Source of the DNA: Gammaproteobacteria bacterium
GTDB taxonomy: Bacteria > Pseudomonadota > Gammaproteobacteria > Natronospirales > JAJUFS01
DNA length: 61,558 bases
Direction: 5' to 3'
NCBI GenBank assembly: GCA_033720895.1
Contig: JAWWBS010000004.1
Location: 1 to 61,558 of the forward strand
The notes beneath the pieces were generated by a model. It had not been told where the DNA came from. It ran no database searches and worked only from the letters and a program-made list of their open reading frames with translations. Below are positions 26,970-34,692 of the stretch, piece after piece. Each line of letters starts with the position of its first letter. Positions within the stretch are counted from its first letter, which is position 1. Made by a program: the position numbers and the translations under genes.

Positions 26970-28028
26970 TCAGTCGAGATCTTCGCGCTTGGCGCCCAGC
27001 TCGAGAATGTAGTCCGCGCCGAAGGCGCGCGAGGGCGTCTGGAAACCGGCCGACACCGTGCCGGTCAGCATTCGTCGTGCCGATTCGACAGCCGCGGTTG
27101 CGGTCAGGCTGTAGCCGTTGTCGCCGACCAGGCGTGCGCTGGCGACCTGTCCGCCGGCATTCCGGGCCTCGCCCCAGACAAAGGTCTGCGATCCGGCCCG
27201 CGTGTCGTCAGAAGGACCGCTTTTGCCTGCCTTGATGCGCTTGCGTGCCAGGTTGCGGATGAACTCGCGTCGCAGCAACCAGCCGAACCAGCGCGAGCGC
27301 TTCAGCTTGCGAATGCTGGAAGGTGGCACGGCGGTGTAGGTGAGGATGTTCGGGATGCCGGTGGAATGAAAGGCGGTGGACACATCGCCCCAGGGAATGC
27401 TCATGCAGCTCCAGGATGGCCTGCCCGACTCGCTGCCGAAGTCCACATCGATGACATCGAAGGCCGGCGGCACGGGAACGATCCTGCCGTTCTCCCGCAT
27501 GGCACCGGGTTCGCCCAGACCATCGATCATGGTCAGCAGGGTGCCGCGCGACATGCCACCGCCGCCCATGAAGGCGAGCTTCAGGTCGGAGGCATCAGGC
27601 AGCTTTTCCTTGAGATGGGCGGCCAGGCAGTCGGTCGGCACGACATCGAAACCGACACCGGGCAGGAGGGTGATGCCGGCACGCTGCGCTTCACCATTGG
27701 CAGCAGCCAGTCGTTCGAACACGGCGATCTCGCCGGTGATGTCGAGGTAATGGGTTTTCGTGGCGAGGCAGGCGCCGAGCATGGCATCGACGGTGCGATG
27801 AAACGGGCCGGCGCAATGCAGCACGGCATCGGCCGGGAGCAACAGCTTCTGCAAGCCGTCTGTATCGTCAATGTCACAAGCCTGCCAGGGCAGGTCGAAC
27901 TGTTCGGCCAGTGCCCGCAGCTTGTCGGCATTGCGACCGGCAAGCATCGGCTTCATTCCTTGCCTGACGGCCTCCGCGACAATCAGTTTGCCGGTGTAGC
28001 CGTAAGCACCGTAGATGACGAGTGACAT
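26970..28028 (-). CDS. saccharopine dehydrogenase-like NAD(P)-binding oxidoreductase
   Basis: N-terminal Rossmann motif IYGAYGYTGKLI, ...HCAGPF..., and the family-typical length. Confidence 0.8.
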   Translation of the reverse strand: MSLVIYGAYGYTGKLIVAEAVRQGMKPMLAGRNADKLRALAEQFDLPWQACDIDDTDGLQKLLLPADAVLHCAGPFHRTVDAMLGACLATKTHYLDITGEIAVFERLAAANGEAQRAGITLLPGVGFDVVPTDCLAAHLKEKLPDASDLKLAFMGGGGMSRGTLLTMIDGLGEPGAMRENGRIVPVPPAFDVIDVDFGSESGRPSWSCMSIPWGDVSTAFHSTGIPNILTYTAVPPSSIRKLKRSRWFGWLLRREFIRNLARKRIKAGKSGPSDDTRAGSQTFVWGEARNAGGQVASARLVGDNGYSLTATAAVESARRMLTGTVSAGFQTPSRAFGADYILELGAKREDLD

Positions 28029-28057
28029 GACTCTCTCCCTTGCGCCTGGACCGGCAC

Positions 28058-28792
28058 TCAGTCAGCCGTGCCGACCAGCTCGTCCAGTGAAATGTCCGCG
28101 GGCAGCTCGAAGCGCTCGCGGTAATCCTCGAACAAGGCTTCTGCCTTCTGGCGTTCACCATGCTCCCGCAACTCTACCAGTGCCAGTCGCCATTCCCGCT
28201 CGCTGGCGTCGGCAAGCTCGGACCGCAGGGCCTCGAGGTCCATGTCGGCGAGTGCGGTCTTGCTGGCGAGCAGGGAGTCGGTGGCTGCAAAGTCCAACAT
28301 GCGGGCTTCTTGTTGCCGCTCGCTGCTCGCCACCTCGGCCTGGTCGCTGACGGGCGCTGCGGCGCGCGCAGCGGAGCGCTCGGCGGTCTGCCTGGCCGCA
28401 GTTTGCTCCACGGCCAGCGCCTGTTCTTCCAGCGCGCCATTGCTGGCGCTTTCGGATCGCGACAGTTCGCTGCGCTGTCCTGCCCCTGCGGGTGGTGCCG
28501 CGGGGGCCTTTGCGACGGCTTGCTCGACTTCGCGTTGTGCGGCGAGCTCGAGTGCGGGGTCCGGCGCGCTGTCGAACAGCGCTGGCAACAACACGACGGC
28601 CAGGCCGATCGATGCCGCAGCGGCCACCAGTCCGCCCCAGGCCAGCATGCGCCGGGCGGGTGTGCGACGGGCGTCACGGCGAATGCGTGCATCGACCAGT
28701 TCACCCGGCTCGACAGAGCGCCAGCTGAGGTAACTGCGTCGCAGTGCCTCGATTTCCTGTTGTTCCTGCGGGCTCAGGTCCGAATCATTCAT
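28058..28792 (-). CDS. putative anti-sigma factor (single-pass membrane protein)
   Basis: ORF trimmed to ATG at 28792 (MNDSDLSPQEQQEIEALRRSY...). It overlaps the sigma-factor stop by 8 nt (ATGAATGA). One TM helix (LAWGGLVAAAASIGLAVVLL) and an Ala/Glu-rich periplasmic part. No zf-HC2 motif seen. Confidence 0.6.
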   Translation of the reverse strand: MNDSDLSPQEQQEIEALRRSYLSWRSVEPGELVDARIRRDARRTPARRMLAWGGLVAAAASIGLAVVLLPALFDSAPDPALELAAQREVEQAVAKAPAAPPAGAGQRSELSRSESASNGALEEQALAVEQTAARQTAERSAARAAAPVSDQAEVASSERQQEARMLDFAATDSLLASKTALADMDLEALRSELADASEREWRLALVELREHGERQKAEALFEDYRERFELPADISLDELVGTAD

Positions 28793-29360
28793 GGTCGAAC
28801 TCCTCAAGCGCGCTGCGCATTCGTGCCATGGCATAGCGCAAGCGGCTTTTGATCGTCTCGCGACCGGTGTCGAGCACGGTGGCAATCTCCTCCAGCGACA
28901 TGTCGCTCTCCATCTTCAGCAGCAGGACTTCGCGCTGTTCTGCCGGCAGGGCGGTCAGTGCGGCCTGCCAGGCGGCTTCGATATCGCGACTGGCCGCCAG
29001 TCGCTCGGGTCGGGCAAGACCATCGCTGCTGGCACCCTGCATGGCGATGTCGTCGGACACGTGCACGCTGGCGACAGTACCGAGGTGGCGCCAGCGGTCG
29101 ACCAGGGTATTGCGCGCGATGGTATACAGCCAGGGCGCAAACTTCTGGCCTGCCCGGAACTGGCTGCGATAACGCACCAGCTTGATCCAGCTCTCCTGGA
29201 ACACGTCTTCGACTTCTGTTGCGGGTCGGCGCGACTGGTTGACGAGGAAGCCGAACAGGGGGCGGCGGTAGCGTTCGTAAAGCGCATCGAATGCCGCAGC
29301 ATCGCCGTCGCAATAGCGCGCCATCAGTGTTTCGTCGCTGTCGTCGATGCCGGTATCCAT
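28785..29360 (-). CDS. ECF-type RNA polymerase sigma-70 factor
   Basis: ORF 28785..29714 trimmed to MDTGIDDSDETLMARY..., 118 codons in. Region 2: DVFQESWIKLV...WLYTIARN. Region 4: REVLLLKMESDMSLEEIATVLDTGRETIKSRL. Confidence 0.85.
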   Translation of the reverse strand: MDTGIDDSDETLMARYCDGDAAAFDALYERYRRPLFGFLVNQSRRPATEVEDVFQESWIKLVRYRSQFRAGQKFAPWLYTIARNTLVDRWRHLGTVASVHVSDDIAMQGASSDGLARPERLAASRDIEAAWQAALTALPAEQREVLLLKMESDMSLEEIATVLDTGRETIKSRLRYAMARMRSALEEFDHE

Positions 29361-29454
29361 GCAGCGCAGGGTAGCGCGCTGCCCGGGCGCCGTCACCGGC
29401 AACGTGAATGCCGCGGCCATGGCACGCGCCATGGCCGCGGTCGGAGCCGCTGCC

Positions 29455-31221
29455 TCACCGGCGGGTGAGTGCATCATCGCTTGCTGCAACATTGTCGGCA
29501 TGCCGGCCTGCAAGGCTGGCTGCCGTGCTGACCAGTCCCAGGAATTCGCCGCGGTAGCCGAAGGGATCCTGGCCACGGGAACCTGCGGCCAGCGCGCGGA
29601 TGTCCTCGAACTCGAGCTCGGCATGATCGCTGCCGCGGAGTTTCTGGCCGAACGCGGCAACAGCAACTGCGAAGCGGAAGTCGTCATCGACACGGTCGAA
29701 GTCGACGATGTCATCCTGCTCGATGACAGCCTGCAACAGCTTGCTGGTGGACTCGCCTGGCAGCTTGTAACGCAATTTCAGGTAGGCCAGTTCCTGGCTG
29801 CGCGGCAGCTCGATGCCGCCCTTGCCATAGTCCGGGCCGGTGCTTGCGGTGTAGCGCAGCGGGTCGACCTGGCGGGCGTCGCTGCCGACCAGGGTCAGTT
29901 CGTACAGTGCGGTCACGGTGTGGCCGGCACCGATGTCGCCAGCGTCGACCTTGTCGTTGTTGAAGTCCTCGCGGTCGAGCACGCGGTTCTCGTAGCCGAT
30001 CAGGCGGTACTCGGCGACCACCGCCGGGTTGAACTCGACCTGTGCCTTCACGTCAGCCGCGATGACCATCAGCGTCGAACTCATTTCTTCCACCAGCACC
30101 TTGTTGGCCTCGCGCATGGTGTCGATGTAGGCGTGGTTGCCATTGCCCTTGTTGGCCAGCTGCTCCATCAGGTGGTCGTTGTAGTTGCCCTGGCCGAAGC
30201 CCAGCGTGGTCAGCGTGATGCCGGAGGCGCGTTCCCGCTCGACCATGTCGATCAGCTGCTCGAAGTTCACCGTGCCGACATTGAAGTCGCCATCGGTGGC
30301 CAGGACGACGCGATTGATACCGTCCTTGATGAAGCCCTGCCGCGCCATGTCATAGGCGAGCTGGATGCCGGAGGCGCCGTTGGTCGAGCCGCCGGCGGTG
30401 AGCTGGTTCAGGGCATTGCGGATGGTGGCCACGCGGTTGCCGGGTGTCGGTTCCAGCACCACGCCCGACGTACCGGCGTAGACGACCAGCGAGACGCGAT
30501 CACGGGCGGTCAGCTTCCCGGCCATGGCGCCCAGCGACTTCTTCAGCAATTCCAGCTTGTCCGGCGAGTGCATGGAGCCGGAGACATCGACCAGGAATAC
30601 CAGGTTGGCATCGGGCCGCTCGCCGGTCTCGATCTCGTAGCCTTTCAGGCCGATGCGCAGCAGGTGTCGCTGTGGATTCCAGGGAGCGACCGTCAGCGCC
30701 GTGCTGAAGCCGAAGGGCTGCGTGCGGCTCCGCGGGGTGTCATAGCCGTAATCGAAGTAATTGATCATTTCCTCGATACGCACGGCATCTTCCGGCGGCA
30801 GCACGCCCTGGTTCAGGAAACGGCGGAGGTTGGCGTAGCTGCCGGTGTCGACATCGACGCTGAAGGTCGACACCGGGTTTTCGGCAGCCACCATGACGCC
30901 GTTTTCGTCCAGGTGCGCGTAGTTCTCGGTGTTTTGCAGCATCGGTTGCGGTGGCATGACCAGGCCGGGGCTGTGTGCGGCCAGCGCCTGCTTGCTGTCG
31001 GCGACTGCCGTCCGTGCTGCAGCCTGTTCGGGGCTGGCGACTTCGCGGATGACGTCCTGCCGGGCAACAACTGCCTGGCCTTCGCCAGCCTGCTCGCGCT
31101 GGCTGATCTCCTCGTCGCGGGTGCTGTTGGGTGCACAGGCCACGATGGCCAGGTGCAGCAAGGCGATGGTGGCAAGATTGCGACCGCCCTTCAGAAGGGT
31201 GGAACGGTTGGGTGTGTTCAT
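29455..31221 (-). CDS. von Willebrand factor type A domain lipoprotein (YfbK-like)
   Basis: Lipobox AIVAC, MIDAS motif LVDVSGSMHS, and a YfbK-type N-terminal domain and C-terminal extension. GGGAGAG RBS. Confidence 0.85.
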   Translation of the reverse strand: MNTPNRSTLLKGGRNLATIALLHLAIVACAPNSTRDEEISQREQAGEGQAVVARQDVIREVASPEQAAARTAVADSKQALAAHSPGLVMPPQPMLQNTENYAHLDENGVMVAAENPVSTFSVDVDTGSYANLRRFLNQGVLPPEDAVRIEEMINYFDYGYDTPRSRTQPFGFSTALTVAPWNPQRHLLRIGLKGYEIETGERPDANLVFLVDVSGSMHSPDKLELLKKSLGAMAGKLTARDRVSLVVYAGTSGVVLEPTPGNRVATIRNALNQLTAGGSTNGASGIQLAYDMARQGFIKDGINRVVLATDGDFNVGTVNFEQLIDMVERERASGITLTTLGFGQGNYNDHLMEQLANKGNGNHAYIDTMREANKVLVEEMSSTLMVIAADVKAQVEFNPAVVAEYRLIGYENRVLDREDFNNDKVDAGDIGAGHTVTALYELTLVGSDARQVDPLRYTASTGPDYGKGGIELPRSQELAYLKLRYKLPGESTSKLLQAVIEQDDIVDFDRVDDDFRFAVAVAAFGQKLRGSDHAELEFEDIRALAAGSRGQDPFGYRGEFLGLVSTAASLAGRHADNVAASDDALTRR

Positions 31222-31470
31222 GGGGACTCTCCCTTTGGTGTCGATATGGTCCGGGCGCCGTGGCGCGTTCAGGAAGCATTACGAACGGGCGTGCAGGAAG
31301 GGGTTAAAAGGGCGGCAGCGAGGTGAGGGTGTTGCAGGAGAAGCGCGCCAGCCGGCGTGCAGCAGCCCGTGAGACCGGCATGCAGGGCCCGGGAGGCCAC
31401 TCAAGGGAGAATATAAGTTGTTGATTTAAAAGGAACTAAAAAGAAAGTGAGAAAAAACTCAACAGCAGGC

Positions 31471-31498
31471 TTGCAGTGTTGGGATTTAGTGTTATAGT
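31471..31498 (+). promoter_or_regulatory. sigma70-type promoter (TTGCAG-N16-TATAGT)
   Basis: Read directly within an AT-rich island. It lies about 65 nt upstream of ATG 31563 and is oriented towards the secreted-protein/GntR/ABC genes. Confidence 0.55.
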
Positions 31499-31562
31499 TA
31501 GCTACAACACCAACGCGGCAATTGTTGCCCGTAGTACGGCAAGCACCGCCAGGAGTCGCAAC

Positions 31563-32021
31563 ATGAAAACACATGACAACAGGACAGCACGTTGGCTTTC
31601 CAGCCTGGTTCTCGCCAGCGGCCTGGCGTTCGCGCCGGCAGCCACGGCGGAGACCGGCAGCACGTCGGCCTACCTGGCGCGTGCCGTGACGCTTCTGCAC
31701 CTCGAAGCGCAGGCGCAGATCCGGGCCGACATCAGCGCGACCTTGAAGGCCATGCCGCTGATTATCTACCAGCCCTATGTCACGACCGGCCCGGTGCGGC
31801 TGATCGCGGCTCGCGCCAAGACCAGCCAGGATGGCAACAAGGCCGTGGCCAGGGTGCAGAAGTCGGCAGCCAGTGACGACACGGCGGACAGCATGGATGA
31901 CGTCCAGCGCGATCTGTTGCACAAGACCCTGGCAGCGCCGGGAGTATTCGGGATGTATCGCACGATGGTCCATACGTCGACCGGGTTTGCGCGCATCGTC
32001 GCCACGAAACAGACGGACTGA
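31563..32021 (+). CDS. hypothetical secreted protein (152 aa)
   Basis: ORF 31476..32021 trimmed to ATG at 31563 (MKTHDNRTARWLSSLVLASGLAFAPAATAETG...). Clear Sec signal peptide with an ATA-E site. I recognise no family. Lies 27 nt upstream of the GntR gene. Confidence 0.55.
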   Translation: MKTHDNRTARWLSSLVLASGLAFAPAATAETGSTSAYLARAVTLLHLEAQAQIRADISATLKAMPLIIYQPYVTTGPVRLIAARAKTSQDGNKAVARVQKSAASDDTADSMDDVQRDLLHKTLAAPGVFGMYRTMVHTSTGFARIVATKQTD

Positions 32022-32048
32022 ACAGGTCCGTTTTCAGGAGGCTCGGGT

Positions 32049-32420
32049 ATGGATCCGAACTGGAATGACAACCAGCCGATTTATCGGCAGCTGAGAGACA
32101 AGGTCGTAGCCATGATTCTCGAGGGCGCCTTGAAAGATGGTGAAGCATTGCCATCTGTCCGCAGCGTGGCCGCTGATTACCAGCTGAACCCGTTGACGGT
32201 CATGAAGGGCTACCAGGAACTGGTGGATGAACATCTTGTGGAGAAGCGAAGGGGGCTAGGCATGTTCGTTATGGATGGCGCCGCGGACAAACTGCGGCAC
32301 AGCGAGAAGGACAATTTTCTCAAGCACGAGTGGCCGCAGATTCTCGAGCGTATCGAGCGCCTTGGCCTCGATCCCGATGAACTGCTGACGGCCGCCAACG
32401 ATTCGGGAGACAAGAAATGA
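32049..32420 (+). CDS. GntR-family transcriptional regulator, YtrA subfamily (short C-terminus)
   Basis: wHTH LPSVRSVAADYQLNPLTVMKGYQELV...RRGLGMFV. 123 aa. Overlaps the downstream ABC ATPase start (ATGA). Confidence 0.85.
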   Translation: MDPNWNDNQPIYRQLRDKVVAMILEGALKDGEALPSVRSVAADYQLNPLTVMKGYQELVDEHLVEKRRGLGMFVMDGAADKLRHSEKDNFLKHEWPQILERIERLGLDPDELLTAANDSGDKK

Positions 32421-33274
32421 CTGCCCTGATCAAGGCGAACAACCTGACCAAGCGCTACGGCGACCAGCTGGCGCTGGATAACGTTTCCTTCGACGTCGAG
32501 GAGGGACGCATCGTCGGCCTGATCGGCCCGAACGGTGCCGGCAAGACCTCGGCGCTGAAGGCCATTCTCGGCCTGACCGATTACGACGGCGAGCTGGAAG
32601 TGCTGGGCATGAACCCCAAGCGCAACCGGGCGCGCATCATGCGTGACGTCTGCTTCATCGCCGATGTGGCCGTGTTGCCGCGCTGGCTGAAGGTGAAGGA
32701 TGCGGTCGATTTCGTGAACCGGATCCACCCGAATTTCAGCGTGGAAAAGTGTCGCGACTTCCTGTCCCGCACCAACATCAAGGAATCGAGCCGCGTCGGC
32801 ACGCTGTCCAAGGGCATGATCGTGCAGCTGCACCTGGCCCTGGTGATGGCTATCGATGCCAGGCTGCTGGTGCTCGACGAGCCGACGCTGGGTCTCGACA
32901 TCCTGTATCGCAAGGACTTCTACAGCTCGCTGCTGTCGGAGTACTTCGATGACAGCAAGACCATTCTCGTGACCACGCACCAGGTCGAGGAAATCGAAAA
33001 GATCCTGACCGACCTGCTGTTCATCAAGAACGGCCGCATCGTGCTCGACAAGAGCATGGAAACGGTGAGCCAGGACTATACCGAGGTGCTGGTGTCCAGG
33101 GAGATGGCCGACGATGCGCGTGGCATGAACCCCATCCACGAACGCGAAGTGTTCGGCAAGCAGCTGTTCCTGTTCGAAGGGGTGGATCGCGATCGCTTGC
33201 AGGAATTCGGCGAACTGCATACGCCCAGCGTGGCAGATCTGTTCGTCGCCAAGATGAGAGGAGTCCAGGCATGA
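32417..33274 (+). CDS. ABC transporter ATP-binding protein
   Basis: Walker A GPNGAGKTS, signature LSKGM, Walker B LLVLDEPT, H-loop TTHQ. Confidence 0.9.
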   Translation: MTALIKANNLTKRYGDQLALDNVSFDVEEGRIVGLIGPNGAGKTSALKAILGLTDYDGELEVLGMNPKRNRARIMRDVCFIADVAVLPRWLKVKDAVDFVNRIHPNFSVEKCRDFLSRTNIKESSRVGTLSKGMIVQLHLALVMAIDARLLVLDEPTLGLDILYRKDFYSSLLSEYFDDSKTILVTTHQVEEIEKILTDLLFIKNGRIVLDKSMETVSQDYTEVLVSREMADDARGMNPIHEREVFGKQLFLFEGVDRDRLQEFGELHTPSVADLFVAKMRGVQA

Positions 33275-34185
33275 ATACCATGATTGCATTGCTGAAACGG
33301 GAAGTCTGGGAGCATCGCAGCTTCTGGATCGTGCCCTCTGTCATCAGTGCCTTGTTCATCTTCGGCCTTGGCATGGTGTTCTTCTGGGTGATCCCTACCA
33401 AGGGCAGCTTTGCAAAGCTGGCCCACAAGCTGATGGATCACAACGAGGAAGCCCTGGCGCACATCGGCCAGGCGGCCATCCCGGGCATCGCCGTCGCCTT
33501 CTTCATTGTCGGCGCCGTGCTGGTGACTTTCTACGTGCTGGATTCGCTGTACTCGGAACGTCGTGACCGTTCCATCCTGTTCTGGAAGTCGCTGCCGGTT
33601 ACCGACCTGCAGACGGTCATGTCCAAGTGGATTGCCGGCTTCGTGGTGCTGCCTGTGTTCCTGATTGCAGCGGCAGTGGTGACCACCATCGTGGTGAACA
33701 TCCTGTTCAGCTTTGCCCTGCTGATTGGCGGTGGCAATCCCTGGACGTTGGTCTGGTCACATTTCTCGCTGTTCGGTGGCACCTTCGCGGTCGTCGTCGG
33801 CTACCTGGTCGAGGCGCTCTGGTACCTGCCGTGGTTTGCCTGGCTGATGCTGGCTTCCGCCTGGGCGAAGAAGGGTCCGTTCCTGTGGGCCACGCTGCCG
33901 ATCGGCGCCGTGTGGATCATGGAAGAGATCGTTTTTGGCACTAACCATGTCGTGCAGTTCCTCGGCGAGCGCCTGGTACCGTTTTCCTCCGACATCGCAC
34001 AGGGATCGACCGAAACGGTTCGCCTGTTCGGTGGTCGCCTGAGCTACGACGGTGGACTGGGTGCGCAGCCCCTCAGCGTGCTGGGAGAGCTGCTGGTCAC
34101 GCCAGGCTTCTGGGGCGGCTTGATCTTCGCTGCCGCGTGCACGGCTGGAGCCGTGATGTTGCGCCGCTACCGGGACGAGTCCTGA
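33271..34185 (+). CDS. ABC-2-type transporter permease-like membrane protein
   Basis: Overlaps the ATPase stop by 4 nt. Six or so TM segments, and the LFWKSLPV motif common in ABC-2/YtrC-like permeases. Confidence 0.7.
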   Translation: MNTMIALLKREVWEHRSFWIVPSVISALFIFGLGMVFFWVIPTKGSFAKLAHKLMDHNEEALAHIGQAAIPGIAVAFFIVGAVLVTFYVLDSLYSERRDRSILFWKSLPVTDLQTVMSKWIAGFVVLPVFLIAAAVVTTIVVNILFSFALLIGGGNPWTLVWSHFSLFGGTFAVVVGYLVEALWYLPWFAWLMLASAWAKKGPFLWATLPIGAVWIMEEIVFGTNHVVQFLGERLVPFSSDIAQGSTETVRLFGGRLSYDGGLGAQPLSVLGELLVTPGFWGGLIFAAACTAGAVMLRRYRDES

Positions 34186-34234
34186 AGACATGCTGGCGCG
34201 TTTCAAACAATTTCTGACCAGAGGAGTATGGGTG

Positions 34235-34597
34235 ATGTTGTGTCGCAAGAGCATGTTCTGGCGCGCTGCAGGCGTAAGCCTGGTCGCCGCGTCGATGTCC
34301 GGCTGCGTGGTCGTGATCGGTACGGATTCCGAGCACGACGGTGTCTACTGGGCGAATGATTACGAAAAGGGCATTCGTGATGACGAGTCGGCCCTTGCCC
34401 GCAGCGTTGCCCAGCGCCTGTCGGCCGTGGAGCAATTGAACGAACAACGCATTCACGTCACTGCCAAGGGTTCCAGCGTCGTGCTGGATGGCAGGGTGAA
34501 ATCCAGGGACGAGCTCATGCAGGTCATCGACCTGGCCAGCGAGACCCCGGGCGTGCGCAAGGTCATTACCCATATCGCCGTCGGCAACGACGGTTGA
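34235..34597 (+). CDS. BON-domain lipoprotein
   Basis: ORF 34190 trimmed to ATG at 34235, 8 nt after GAGGAG. Lipobox SMSGC. BON domain IHVTAKGSSVVLDGRVKSRDELMQVIDLASETPGVRKV. Confidence 0.7.
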   Translation: MLCRKSMFWRAAGVSLVAASMSGCVVVIGTDSEHDGVYWANDYEKGIRDDESALARSVAQRLSAVEQLNEQRIHVTAKGSSVVLDGRVKSRDELMQVIDLASETPGVRKVITHIAVGNDG

Positions 34598-34603
34598 TCG
34601 CGA

Positions 34604-34627
34604 CTGCCGCGCCGACCGGCGCGGCAG
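34604..34627 (+). terminator. strong hairpin after the BON gene (no clear U-tract)
   Basis: CTGCCGCGCC-GACC-GGCGCGGCAG is a 10-bp GC stem starting 7 nt after the stop. It is followed by TACCCGTTGCTT. Confidence 0.4.
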
Positions 34628-34692
34628 TACCCGTTGCTTGAAGGGTCGGGCAGGACAGGGATGTCTTGCCAACCCGCTCCAAGGCCGCCACC

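Noticed and set aside
31222-31320. Possible ECF-type promoter (AAC ... CGT) upstream of the vWA gene
   Set aside because: The spacing between AAC and CGT is 15 or 19 nt rather than the usual 16-17 nt, and I cannot assign the ECF group. The evidence is too weak to report as a feature.
31476-31562. GTG-initiated N-terminal extension of the secreted-protein ORF
   Set aside because: The GTG overlaps the -35 hexamer of the predicted promoter. The extension precedes, and would bury, the obvious signal peptide that begins at ATG 31563.
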